From: Prevotellaceae bacterium
Lineage (GTDB): Bacteria; Bacteroidota; Bacteroidia; Bacteroidales; Bacteroidaceae
DNA length: 64,000 nucleotides
Direction: 5' to 3'
NCBI GenBank assembly: GCA_028724165.1
Contig: JAQYDL010000033.1
Coordinates: 30,283 to 94,282 of the forward strand
The translations under genes and the position numbers were made by a program. The number at the start of each line of letters is the position of its first letter. The stretch's first letter is position 1. Shown in pieces: positions 11,612-20,570 of this stretch. The notes below the pieces were generated by a model, which saw only the letters and a list, made by a program, of their open reading frames with translations, was not told the DNA's origin and did no database searches.

Positions 11612-11649
11612 AAAAAAATCGGGGCGACATCGCTAAATGCCGTCCCGAT
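11612..11649 (-). terminator. groEL rho-independent terminator
   Basis: The minus strand reads atcgggacggcat-ttagcg-atgtcgccccgat followed by ttttttt, 32 nt after the groEL stop. Confidence 0.75.
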
Positions 11650-11680
11650 TAAAATTATGAAGTTTTTATCCTTTTCGGAA

Positions 11681-13312
11681 TTACATCATGCCGCCGCCCA
11701 TTCCGGGATTAGGCATAGGAGCAGGGGTATCCTCCTTCTTATCGCAGATTACGCATTCGGTAGTCAGGAACATGCCGGCAACAGATGCCGCATTTTCAAG
11801 AGCAACACGGGTAACCTTAGCAGGATCTACGACACCCTGTTCACGCAAATCGCCATACTTCTCAGTCTTAGCGTTGAAGCCGAAGTTTCCTTCGCCCTCG
11901 CGAACCTTGTTAACCACAACAGCACCCTCAATGCCCGCATTGGAGCAAATCTGACGCAAAGGCTCTTCGATAGCACGGCGAACAATTGCAATACCGGTAG
12001 TTTCGTCAGCGTTATCACCGGTCATGCCGTCAAGAGCTTTCTGTGCGCGGATGTAAGCAACGCCGCCGCCGGTTACGATACCCTCTTCAATTGCAGCACG
12101 TGTAGCGCAAAGAGCATCGTCGCAACGGTCTTTCTTTTCTTTCTGCTCTGTTTCGGAAGCTGCACCTACCTCGAGAACGCAAACGCCACCCGAAAGTTTT
12201 GCAAGACGTTCCTGAAGTTTCTCCTTGTCGTAGGTAGAAGTAGTATTTTCTATCTCGTTCTTCAGCTGACCTATGCGATCCTGTATGTTTTGTTTGTCGC
12301 CGCCGCCGTTAACAATAGTAGTGTTGTCCTTAGTAACGGTAACTTTCTCGGCAGAACCAAGCATTTCAATTGTAGCCTGCTCAAGTTTCAAACCTTTATC
12401 CTCGCTGATTACAACGCCACCTGTAAGAATTGCAATATCTTCGAGCATTGCTTTACGACGATCACCAAATCCCGGAGCTTTTATAGCACAAATCTTAAGC
12501 TGAGCACGGAGACGGTTAACAACCAAAGTAGTCAATGCTTCAGAATCCACATCTTCTGCAATAACAAGCAAAGGACGACCGCTCTGAACCGCGCTGTTCA
12601 AAATGGGAAGGAAGTCCTTAAGGTTGGAAATCTTCTTGTCGTAAATAAGAATGTAAGGTTTCTCCATTACACACTCCATTTTCTCCGGCTCTGTGATAAA
12701 GTAAGGAGAAAGATAGCCACGGTCGAACTGCATTCCCTCTACGGTTTTCAAAACAGTGTCGCGACCTTTTGCATCTTCAATTGTAATTACGCCGTTAACG
12801 CTTACGGCACGCATACCGTCAGCAATGAGTTTACCGATTTCAGGATCATTGTTACCGGAAATAGTAGCTACCTGTTCGATTTTCTCATAACTGTTTTCTA
12901 TTTTCTCGGCCTGGCTCTTGATTTCTTCCACAACTTTTGCCACAGCCTTGTCAATGCCTCGTTTAATATCGAGAGGATTTGCACCGGCTGCCACATTCTT
13001 CATTCCTTCTGTAAGAATAGCCTGTGTCAAAACCGTTGCGGTGGTTGTTCCGTCGCCTGCATCGTCGCCGGTTTTGCTTGCCACGCTTTTCACGAGCTGT
13101 GCGCCGGCATTCTTAAAGGAATCTTCGAGTTCTATTTCCTTTGCCACGGTAACACCGTCCTTTGTGATACGGGGAGCACCGAATTTCTTGTCTATTACAA
13201 CGTTTCTGCCCTTAGGACCAAGGGTTGTCTTTACTGCGTTTGCCAATGCGTCGGCACCTTCTTTAAGGAGTTCGCGTGCCTCAACGTTATATCTTACATC
13301 TTTAGCTGCCAT
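11681..13312 (-). CDS. groL: Chaperonin GroEL
   Basis: 543 aa: [13 protein letters not shown]...[11 protein letters not shown]...GGGVAY... with a C-terminal GMGGGMM tail. Confidence 0.99.
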   Translation of the reverse strand: MAAKDVRYNVEARELLKEGADALANAVKTTLGPKGRNVVIDKKFGAPRITKDGVTVAKEIELEDSFKNAGAQLVKSVASKTGDDAGDGTTTATVLTQAILTEGMKNVAAGANPLDIKRGIDKAVAKVVEEIKSQAEKIENSYEKIEQVATISGNNDPEIGKLIADGMRAVSVNGVITIEDAKGRDTVLKTVEGMQFDRGYLSPYFITEPEKMECVMEKPYILIYDKKISNLKDFLPILNSAVQSGRPLLVIAEDVDSEALTTLVVNRLRAQLKICAIKAPGFGDRRKAMLEDIAILTGGVVISEDKGLKLEQATIEMLGSAEKVTVTKDNTTIVNGGGDKQNIQDRIGQLKNEIENTTSTYDKEKLQERLAKLSGGVCVLEVGAASETEQKEKKDRCDDALCATRAAIEEGIVTGGGVAYIRAQKALDGMTGDNADETTGIAIVRRAIEEPLRQICSNAGIEGAVVVNKVREGEGNFGFNAKTEKYGDLREQGVVDPAKVTRVALENAASVAGMFLTTECVICDKKEDTPAPMPNPGMGGGMM

Positions 13313-13342
13313 AATTTTTCTTTTTTTAGATATTAAACATGT

Positions 13343-13615
13343 TTACGCCAATATTGCGAGAACATCGCTCTGACGCATGATGAGGTATTTCTCTTCGCCT
13401 ACCTCTATTTCGGTACCTGCATATTTGCCGAAGAGTACAGTGTCGCCGGCTTTCAGAACCATTTTTTCGTCTTTCGTACCTTCGCCTACTGCTACTACTT
13501 CACCTTTCAAAGGTTTCTCTTTTGCCGTGTCGGGAATTATGATACCTGCCACTGTTTTTTCCTCTGCTTTTGCAGGATTAATGAGAACCCTGTCTGCTAA
13601 CGGTTTAATGTTCAT
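13343..13615 (-). CDS. groES: Co-chaperonin GroES
   Basis: 90 aa: [12 protein letters not shown]...[19 protein letters not shown]. It lies 30 nt upstream of groEL. Confidence 0.98.
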   Translation of the reverse strand: MNIKPLADRVLINPAKAEEKTVAGIIIPDTAKEKPLKGEVVAVGEGTKDEKMVLKAGDTVLFGKYAGTEIEVGEEKYLIMRQSDVLAILA

Positions 13616-13760
13616 GATTTTATTCTTTAATTGTTTATTGTTTTAGTGTTATTTTTTACCGAGCCGCCTTCTTTCGACTTGGCTCCGCTTTTCTTTATGC
13701 CAAAAGCGTGCCAAACTCTAACTGTGTTTTGCAAATTCCCTTATTATTTTGTTTTGATTC

Positions 13761-13824
13761 ATGACAAACTTAACATGACACGGATTATTATGACAATTTG
13801 TCATAACCCAAAGCGTTCATGACA
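13761..13824. promoter_or_regulatory. Cluster of ATGACA/TGTCAT motifs, including a 19-bp palindrome, upstream of groES
   Basis: ATGACA occurs at 13761, 13775, 13790 and 13819, and the inverted TGTCAT at 13799. The perfect palindrome ttatgacaatttgtcataa is at 13788-13806. The cluster lies between the upstream terminator and groES. Confidence 0.4.
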
Positions 13825-13856
13825 AAAAAGCTCCGTCGCGCAATGGCGGCGGAGCT
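13824..13856 (-). terminator. Terminator of the 718-aa lipoprotein gene
   Basis: The minus strand reads agctccgccgc-cattgc-gcgacggagct followed by tttttt. Confidence 0.7.
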
Positions 13857-13884
13857 TTCCGAAATATGTGATATTAAAAAGAAA

Positions 13885-16041
13885 TTATTCCTTTACCACT
13901 TTCCAAGCAGCTTTTCCTTTATATGTTGTTTTTTCCGACTTATATCCGGGGGCAACGTAATTGGTATGTTCGCCATCGGCATCATTATCGGCCGGATTGA
14001 ATCCCACAAAAATTCCGCCATAAACATTAATGGAGCAAACCGAAGTGGTTCCATCTTTTCTATTAAGCAGATATTTCGGATTTGCAGCCTCGAATACTCC
14101 TCCGTATATATTGCAAACGGAATGAAGTTTACCGTCATTGCTGTCCACATATATACATGCATTTGGTTTTCCGTTTACATCGAGTCCGGTATAGAAGTAT
14201 CCGCTGTAAATATTAGCAGTACCTGAATTAACGAAAACGGCATTGTTTACGATACTACCTTCACCTCCGTTAACCTCTACATTGCCAAAGATATTCAGCA
14301 CACCCTTTTCGGCTGTCAATGCACATGTTCCGATTTGTGTTGAAGTATTATTGCTTGCGCCGATAATCTTTCCGTTACCATATACATCAAGTTGTCCGCC
14401 TTTTACAACCTTTATTGCAGAAATTCTGTTTTGGGTTGATTTCAATTCCGCGCCTTTTTCCACGGTGAGGGTTGCTTTTTTGCCCAACGTGGTGTACTTG
14501 TTTACTTCCACATTACTGCTTACCACGATGTTATTCCCCGTTGTTTTGAAAGCATTTAGCAAATCGTCATTAGTTGCAGCCACTGCGTCTGCTTTCTTCA
14601 CCGTCCAGGCTTCCTTACCATTGTAAGTTGTCTTTACAGATACGTAACCGGGAGCAACGAAATTGGTGTGTTCGCCCTCGGCATAGTTGTCGGCAGGATT
14701 GAAATTGACAAATGTTCCGCCGGTTACTATAATCTTTGCCGTACCTGCTTTTCTGTTTGCATCATAACAGTTGAGCACGAACTCATCTTCCTTGCCGACT
14801 TGTGAATACTTCTGTTGAACTTCAAAAACTCCGCCTTCTATTTCGGCAGTACCCTCATATACATACACTGCATGGATGTTGCCGTTATAGTGTCCGCCTT
14901 TTATCACAAGGTGACCGCCGTCCTGCACGTCAACCGGGAAGCAGTCGTTCTCTTTTGCTATCACGTCGCCCTCACCTTCGAGAACGAGCGTTCCGCCTTG
15001 GACACTGAACAAGGACCACTGGTATTTGCTTTCATCCCAAAGGTCGTTGTTGTTCTTCAGTGCCTTTCCGTTCAGATTAGCCACGAGACTTTTTCCCTGA
15101 GGTACGATTACATTAGACGTGAAGTCCATACCTTCGCCGACTTTAATCATACCACCGTTTTTGGCAGCTGCCTTAAATTCGTCGAAAGAGTTTATTTCGG
15201 TTTTCTCTATAGTGCCCGTATAACCCATGTAAATTGGCGGCATTACAATCCAGTCGCATCTCTTTACGGTGTTCTCGGCTTCGCTCGAAAGGCTGTCCAC
15301 TACAGTTCCGTTGTTCTTTATATATATTGTACATCCATTGTACACACCAACCGGAACAGGCATGTAAAAATGTATTTCCTTTGTATCGGAGGTAAGTTCG
15401 AATTTGAAAGAAACTTCGTCAGCCACGTTTTCTTTTGCCGAAACATAGGGATTGCTCTTGTCGGTAGCGTCTACTTCGAAATCGCCACTGACGCCGCTGT
15501 TCATTTTCACCGTAAATTCATCGATATATGCCGGAACTTCAACATCCCATTCTATTACGCCGCCCACATGACGGAAAAGGAATTGATGTTCATTCTTTTC
15601 GAAATAAGCAACCATGGGATCGCTCACGCTCATACTGTCTTTGTTGTAATCGGTATTGTAGTTTTTGTAAACGTTCGGGTAGCTAACCGTCAGTTTTCCG
15701 TCGGCATAGCTTTTTGCTGCCTTAACGGGGAAAACTGCCACGTCGGTGGGTTTGCCACCTACCGAACTGCCGTAATTCGCCACGTCGGTGCCTGCACCGC
15801 CTACCATTTTCAATGTGCCGAACCCTACAGACTCGCTGCCTTTGGTGAGATAAGCGGCAATATCATCGCCTTGCTCCCATTTGAATGCGCCGTGCGAGTC
15901 GCTATAAGAGCGAGACGCCACGCCTTTTTCCACTACGGCGGAATATTCGCCGTTTTGTTTTGCCAGAAACTGCTCGTCCTGGCTGCAACCTGCCAATGCT
16001 GCAACTCCAAGTCCTATCAGGACTACATTCAGTTTGTTCAT
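13885..16041 (-). CDS. Cell-surface lipoprotein: fimbrillin-like N-terminal region plus two duplicated beta-helix-like modules
   Basis: Lipobox LAGCSQ. The N-terminal ~270 aa resemble Bacteroidales fimbrillin-like proteins (DPMVAYF...FLFRHVGGVIEW). Two ~200-aa modules end in near-identical tails: FNPADNYAEGEHTNFVAPGYVSVKTTYNGKEAWTVKK and FNPADNDADGEHTNYVAPGYKSEKTTYKGKAAWKVVKE. Confidence 0.8.
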   Translation of the reverse strand: MNKLNVVLIGLGVAALAGCSQDEQFLAKQNGEYSAVVEKGVASRSYSDSHGAFKWEQGDDIAAYLTKGSESVGFGTLKMVGGAGTDVANYGSSVGGKPTDVAVFPVKAAKSYADGKLTVSYPNVYKNYNTDYNKDSMSVSDPMVAYFEKNEHQFLFRHVGGVIEWDVEVPAYIDEFTVKMNSGVSGDFEVDATDKSNPYVSAKENVADEVSFKFELTSDTKEIHFYMPVPVGVYNGCTIYIKNNGTVVDSLSSEAENTVKRCDWIVMPPIYMGYTGTIEKTEINSFDEFKAAAKNGGMIKVGEGMDFTSNVIVPQGKSLVANLNGKALKNNNDLWDESKYQWSLFSVQGGTLVLEGEGDVIAKENDCFPVDVQDGGHLVIKGGHYNGNIHAVYVYEGTAEIEGGVFEVQQKYSQVGKEDEFVLNCYDANRKAGTAKIIVTGGTFVNFNPADNYAEGEHTNFVAPGYVSVKTTYNGKEAWTVKKADAVAATNDDLLNAFKTTGNNIVVSSNVEVNKYTTLGKKATLTVEKGAELKSTQNRISAIKVVKGGQLDVYGNGKIIGASNNTSTQIGTCALTAEKGVLNIFGNVEVNGGEGSIVNNAVFVNSGTANIYSGYFYTGLDVNGKPNACIYVDSNDGKLHSVCNIYGGVFEAANPKYLLNRKDGTTSVCSINVYGGIFVGFNPADNDADGEHTNYVAPGYKSEKTTYKGKAAWKVVKE

Positions 16042-16072
16042 AATTTAATTTATTTAGTTTGTGAATCTGTCT

Positions 16073-16240
16073 TTAATCCCACAACGGGTCATTTTCATAG
16101 TTGTCATTCGATTTTTCATAGTCGCGGTTCTCGCGCGAAAACTTTCCCGGTTTACGGCTATAGTTTTCCATTAATGTTACCGGAGCACGCAACACGCCAA
16201 GCTTCGGTTTTTCATAAGCTTTCATCTTCTCTTGTTTCAT
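16073..16240 (-). CDS. Possible small protein (55 aa), below the ORF-track cutoff
   Basis: My own translation gives MKQEKMKAYEKPKLGVLRAPVTLMENYSRKPGKFSRENRDYEKSNDNYENDPLWD*. The ATG is preceded by aaagaggaat. The ORF ends 31 nt before the lipoprotein start on the same strand. I recognise no homology. Confidence 0.3.
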   Translation of the reverse strand: MKQEKMKAYEKPKLGVLRAPVTLMENYSRKPGKFSRENRDYEKSNDNYENDPLWD

Positions 16241-16498
16241 ATTCCTCTTTATTTTAGCGTTTTATTTATCTTTCTTGCCAAAAACATGCGTCGGATTTCA
16301 TTCTCTCCGCCTATCCTTAGTAGTTTCAAAAGTACTGAAACTTCTTAACATTACAAAAAAAAAACGAACTTTCGCTAAATTATTTGACACACGCCTTTAT
16401 TTTGTAATTTTCCGCCCCCTAAACGCAAACTTTCGGCAAATGGCAAAACGCATTTCCATGCGCTTCAAACACAGGAAGCACATTCCGAAAATTATTCC

Positions 16499-16506
16499 TA
16501 TCTTTG
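16499..16506 (+). promoter_or_regulatory. -7 box TAtcTTTG upstream of the GH30 gene
   Basis: TATCTTTG lies 27 nt upstream of the ATG at 16533. Confidence 0.5.
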
Positions 16507-16532
16507 TGCATGACAATCTGCAATACCCAAGC

Positions 16533-17987
16533 ATGAAAACAATTACATTCATAAAACAAGCGGGCATTATTCTCACCGCCTGCCTTGGCTTTCAAACCGT
16601 TCCGGCACAGAATTACGAAATTTCCAATATTGTGCAAAGCCGCGCCGGCGACTTGAAAATGATGCGTCCCGTTGGTTTCAAACAATTCATTGAAGATTTC
16701 GGCGCAGAAGGCGAAGTGATAAACGTCTATCCCGACGTGGAGTATCAGGAAATGCTCGGATTCGGCGGCGCAATAACCGAAACTTCGGCTTATAACTTTA
16801 TGAAACTCTCCGAGAGCCGCCGCAACGAACTCGCAAAGGTTTACTTCGATGCCACAGAGGGACTGGGACTGAATTTCTGCCGTGTTTCCATTGGTTCAAA
16901 CGATTTCGCACTTGACGACAGCCCGTATGTGAGCAACAATGACCCTAAACTCACGACTTTTTCCATTGACCGCGACAGAAGATACGTAATACCCATGATT
17001 AAAGCGGCTCAACGCTACTGCGGGGAACTGTATCTCATGGCCACTCCCTGGAGTCCGCCGGCTTTCATGAAAGACAACGGGAAAACCATCAATGGCGGCA
17101 AGCTTCTGCCCGAGCATCGCAACACATGGGCGGATTATATTGTGCGCTTTTTGCAGGAATACAAGAAAGAGGGCATAAACTTTTTCTGTATGACGGTTCA
17201 AAACGAACCCAAGGCTTCGCAAAAATGGCAGAGCTGCCTATATTCGGGCAAAGAAGAGGGAGAGTATGCGGTGGATTTCCTGAAACCTCATCTCGACAAA
17301 GCCGGTTTCGACACTCTGAAGCTCATTGTCTGGGATCACAACAAAGAGCGCGTGCTCGAAAGAGCCTCAGAGAGCTTTGCCGTGCCGAAAGCCAGAAAAG
17401 CCATCTGGGGCGTTGCCTTTCATTGGTATTCGGGCAAACATTTCGACCAACTGCGCATGACCCACGAGCGGTTTCCCGAAAAGCACCTCATACTTTCGGA
17501 ATTCTGTAAAGGACCCGCCACGGGCGGAACCCATGTTCCTTATGGCGATTGGAGCGATGCGGAAGATTATTGTGCAGAAATGATAGGCGATTTCAATAAT
17601 TACGCCTGCGCATCCATAGATTGGAACATGATTGTAGACACAAAAGGCGGACCCTGTCTGTATCGCGACGACATAGGCGGCGGAAAGGCATCGGTGGTTG
17701 CGGACGCAGAAAACAACAGCTTCGAGTTGCAATCCACTTACTACGCCGTGGGACATTTCAGCAAGTACGTGAAGCGCGGCGCACGCCGCATTGGCAACAG
17801 CACATACGATGACAACCTGCTGACATCCTCGTTCAAAAACCCCGACGGCAGTATTGCCGTAATCGTTCTCAATAAAGGCAACAACAATCTGCGCCCGTTG
17901 CTGCGGATGAACGGGAAAATAATGCGTCTGAATCTGCCGCGCCATTCCATAACCACTGTTTCTATAAAAAGCAAAGGCGCAAAATAA
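16533..17987 (+). CDS. Glycoside hydrolase family 30 (glucosylceramidase/beta-1,6-glucanase-like)
   Basis: The start is at MKTITFIKQAGIILTACLG, a signal peptide. GH30 hallmarks are MATPWSPPAFMK, TVQNEP and FHWYSG. The ORF-track extension from 16275 is rejected. Confidence 0.88.
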   Translation: MKTITFIKQAGIILTACLGFQTVPAQNYEISNIVQSRAGDLKMMRPVGFKQFIEDFGAEGEVINVYPDVEYQEMLGFGGAITETSAYNFMKLSESRRNELAKVYFDATEGLGLNFCRVSIGSNDFALDDSPYVSNNDPKLTTFSIDRDRRYVIPMIKAAQRYCGELYLMATPWSPPAFMKDNGKTINGGKLLPEHRNTWADYIVRFLQEYKKEGINFFCMTVQNEPKASQKWQSCLYSGKEEGEYAVDFLKPHLDKAGFDTLKLIVWDHNKERVLERASESFAVPKARKAIWGVAFHWYSGKHFDQLRMTHERFPEKHLILSEFCKGPATGGTHVPYGDWSDAEDYCAEMIGDFNNYACASIDWNMIVDTKGGPCLYRDDIGGGKASVVADAENNSFELQSTYYAVGHFSKYVKRGARRIGNSTYDDNLLTSSFKNPDGSIAVIVLNKGNNNLRPLLRMNGKIMRLNLPRHSITTVSIKSKGAK

Positions 17988-18068
17988 AATTTCCCCGGGA
18001 AACGGCAGAAACCAAGCCCCGATTTCCGGAACATTTTGCCCCGAAATTACGGCTTTTTAGCATTGCAC

Positions 18069-18190
18069 GAAAAAACACATGGCTTATCGCAAAAAATACA
18101 AGCCATATATTTTAAAATACAAGGCACTTATTTTAAAATAAGTGCCTTGTATTTTTCGCGCTGTCAAACATCTGATAAACAGCAACTTAT
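18069..18190 (-). repeat. Composite palindromic intergenic element, copy 4
   Basis: gaaaaaacacatggcttatcgc / aaaaaatacaagccatatatttt / aaaatacaaggcacttatttt / aaaataagtgccttgtattttt, then arm cgcgctgtcaaacatctgataaacagcaactt. Confidence 0.9.
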
Positions 18191-18292
18191 CCCAGACCTT
18201 TCAAACCCGGGGAATTTACTGATTATCAGCCGCTTAAAGAGAAAAGCATGGTTTGTGCTCAAAGTTCGGCGGCACGCCACGAAAAATGATTG

Positions 18293-18300
18293 TACCTTTG
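18293..18300 (+). promoter_or_regulatory. -7 box TAccTTTG upstream of the MATE gene
   Basis: TACCTTTG lies 34 nt upstream of the ATG at 18334. Confidence 0.5.
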
Positions 18301-18333
18301 CATCCCGAAACTCACCTATACATATATATAAAT

Positions 18334-19686
18334 ATGAGTGGAAACAACACCCGACAGTATGGCGAACTCATCAAAATAGGTACGCCCGTAATCATTGGGC
18401 AACTGGGCACCATAGTGCTCGGCTTTGCCGACACGCTGATGATTGGGCACCACAGCACAAACGAGCTTGCCGCCGCAGGACTGGTGAACAATGTTTTTGC
18501 ACTTGTTCTGCTGTTCTATCTCGGCTTTTCCTACGGTCTCACACCCATTGTGGGACAGCTTTACGGCGTTGACCGAAAGGAGGAAATAGGCAGCAAACTC
18601 AAAAACGCCATACCCGCCAACCTCCTGACAGGCTTGCTGCTCATGACATTGATGACGGTGCTCTACTTTAACCTTGCCCACATTGGACAACCCTCCGAAC
18701 TGCTGCCGCTGATACGTCCCTACTTCATTGTGAACCTCGTGAGCCTGCCCTTCGTGGGAGTGTTCAACACGCTGAAGCAGTTTTTCGACGGCACAACGCG
18801 CACCGGCGTGCCGATGTGGGTGATGATAGGCGGAAATCTCTTCAACATTCTCTTCAACTGGCTCCTGATTTACGGCAAAGGCGGTTTCCCCGAAATGGGA
18901 TTGCTTGGCGCGGGAATTGCAACCATGGCTTCGCGCATACTGATGGCATTAAGCCTGTGCGCCATACTGTTTTGGGCAAAATCCAACCGTGTTTACCGTC
19001 TGGGCATGAGTAATGCACGCATAAACAAAGCCGATTTCCGGGAAATGAACCGCATGGGCTTTCCCGTGGCTCTGTTAATGGGAATGGAAACTGCCGCTTT
19101 CAGCCTAAGCAGCGTTATGGCAGGATGGTTGGGAACGCCCTCGCTTGCCGCACATCAGGTCATGATAACCACATCGCAGCTTTTCTACCTCATATTATTA
19201 GGCATGGCAGCCGCCGTGTCCATACGCATAAGCCTCTTTACGGGACAAAAAAACTACGCGGCGGTTCGCCGCACTGCCGCCGACGGCTTCCGTCTGAATC
19301 TTATGGCTTCGTTCGCAATGTCAATACCTTTGCTTATTTTCCGAAACCACATAGGCACATTTTTCACCGACAGCGCGGAAGTGGCAAATATGGTGGCGGG
19401 ACTTTGCATAGTGCTTGTGGTCTATCAGTTTGGCGATGGATTGCAGTGCATATTTGCCAACGCGCTCAGGGGAATAGCCTGCGTAAAACCTATGGTGCTT
19501 TACGCATTTCTGGCATACTTCGTAATAAACCTGCCGTTGGGATATTTCATGGGCTTTACCCTCAAGCTCGGAATTACAGGCATTTGGGCGGCGTTTCCAT
19601 TCGGGCTTTCGGCGGCGGGTTTGCTGTACTGGCTCAGATTCCGACGCGAACTGAAGAAAATGGAAGCCGGCGCAAACGCGGCATAA
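18334..19686 (+). CDS. MATE family efflux transporter
   Basis: The start is at MSGNNTRQYGELIKIGTPVIIGQLG. The protein has about 12 TM segments and typical MATE/NorM N-terminal wording (IG.P....QL......D..M.G). Confidence 0.9.
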   Translation: MSGNNTRQYGELIKIGTPVIIGQLGTIVLGFADTLMIGHHSTNELAAAGLVNNVFALVLLFYLGFSYGLTPIVGQLYGVDRKEEIGSKLKNAIPANLLTGLLLMTLMTVLYFNLAHIGQPSELLPLIRPYFIVNLVSLPFVGVFNTLKQFFDGTTRTGVPMWVMIGGNLFNILFNWLLIYGKGGFPEMGLLGAGIATMASRILMALSLCAILFWAKSNRVYRLGMSNARINKADFREMNRMGFPVALLMGMETAAFSLSSVMAGWLGTPSLAAHQVMITTSQLFYLILLGMAAAVSIRISLFTGQKNYAAVRRTAADGFRLNLMASFAMSIPLLIFRNHIGTFFTDSAEVANMVAGLCIVLVVYQFGDGLQCIFANALRGIACVKPMVLYAFLAYFVINLPLGYFMGFTLKLGITGIWAAFPFGLSAAGLLYWLRFRRELKKMEAGANAA

Positions 19687-19727
19687 GCATTCTATATGTC
19701 ATGGAATTTTATTATTTTCGCAGCATA

Positions 19728-20369
19728 ATGAGAAATCCGGTCAAATACCTTATTATAATGGCAGCCATGTTCTGCACCGTGGCGGCGAAAGCCCAGAACA
19801 TGGAAAAACTGTTTGGCGAAATGCCCGACAGCATAGTTCCCGTGATGTCGAAAACCAACAGGCTCGACTGCATAGACTTTTTCAAAAGCAAAATGACCTC
19901 GAACGTGCAGAACATATACAACGGAAAAAGCCGCATATCCGACCTGACCGAAAACTTTCTTGTTCTGCAACCCACCACAAGCTCACAAGTGGAGATGAGA
20001 ACCTATGACGTTGAGGGGGAAGGGCGGATAATTGCCGTGGCATACACCTATATGGCTCCCGCAAAGGAAACAACGCTCGCTTTCTACGACATGAGCTGGA
20101 AAAAACTCAAGACGGCAGACTACATAAGCCTTCCGAAAAAGAACGATTTTATTTCTGAAAGCAGCACGTCCCGCAACGGCGACATTGAAAAGGCAAAAGA
20201 AATTCTCAACGACGCATTTGTTTTTGCAGAAATAGACAAAGACAGCGGTAACATCAGTTTCGCACTCTCAACCGAGGCGGTAACCGATGACAAACTCAAG
20301 AAAGCCCTGCCCTACATAGCCCGTCCGCCGCGCTATGCCTGGAACGGCAAAAAATTCGTGCTGCTGTAA
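19728..20369 (+). CDS. Secreted hypothetical protein (DUF3256-like)
   Basis: Only the last 213 aa of the 414-aa ORF are credible. They start at MRNPVKYLIIMAAMFCTVAAKAQ, a signal peptide. The upstream part of the ORF overlaps the MATE gene out of frame. Confidence 0.7.
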   Translation: MRNPVKYLIIMAAMFCTVAAKAQNMEKLFGEMPDSIVPVMSKTNRLDCIDFFKSKMTSNVQNIYNGKSRISDLTENFLVLQPTTSSQVEMRTYDVEGEGRIIAVAYTYMAPAKETTLAFYDMSWKKLKTADYISLPKKNDFISESSTSRNGDIEKAKEILNDAFVFAEIDKDSGNISFALSTEAVTDDKLKKALPYIARPPRYAWNGKKFVLL

Positions 20370-20516
20370 AGCGTTCGAAGTCCCTTTGCCGATTCTATGC
20401 AATGCAGAGTTTATAGTTTCAAGACCGCAAGTTTAATTTGCATTAAAATACACCGCAACCGCAAAGGGAAAACCCAAATTTTAGGATGCTCGTTCCGCGC
20501 ATTGCAAAAGAATAAG

Positions 20517-20524
20517 TATCTTTG
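20517..20524 (+). promoter_or_regulatory. -7 box TAtcTTTG upstream of fba
   Basis: TATCTTTG lies 47 nt upstream of the ATG at 20571. Confidence 0.55.
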
Positions 20525-20570
20525 CGATTGGAAATAAATTACATATCAAATATCTAAAACAATTAAGATT

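Noticed and set aside
11323-11613. A 96-aa minus-strand ORF inside the 21-nt array (DKGSCVR DKGSCVK EECSWLR ...).
   Set aside because: It is a by-product of the 21-nt periodicity. It runs into the groEL terminator region at its 5' end, and stops appear as soon as the units diverge. I kept it only as one hypothesis within the array finding and do not call it a gene.
11603-13336. A 577-aa ORF on the + strand, antisense to groEL, plus other long antisense ORFs: 766-1893, 6428-7417, 14815-16257, 24208-25236, 30227-31351, 31601-32278, 38884-39693, 45535-46431, 52284-53165, 54084-55022, 62122-62748 and 62767-63480.
   Set aside because: Each lies entirely opposite a gene with unmistakable family motifs. 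Their translations are low-complexity, Cys/Phe/His/Arg-rich, and have no recognisable domains. They are shadow ORFs.
13616-13884. A CIRCE/HrcA operator upstream of groES.
   Set aside because: No TTAGCACTC-N9-GAGTGCTAA-like sequence is present. A different motif cluster (ATGACA) is reported instead.
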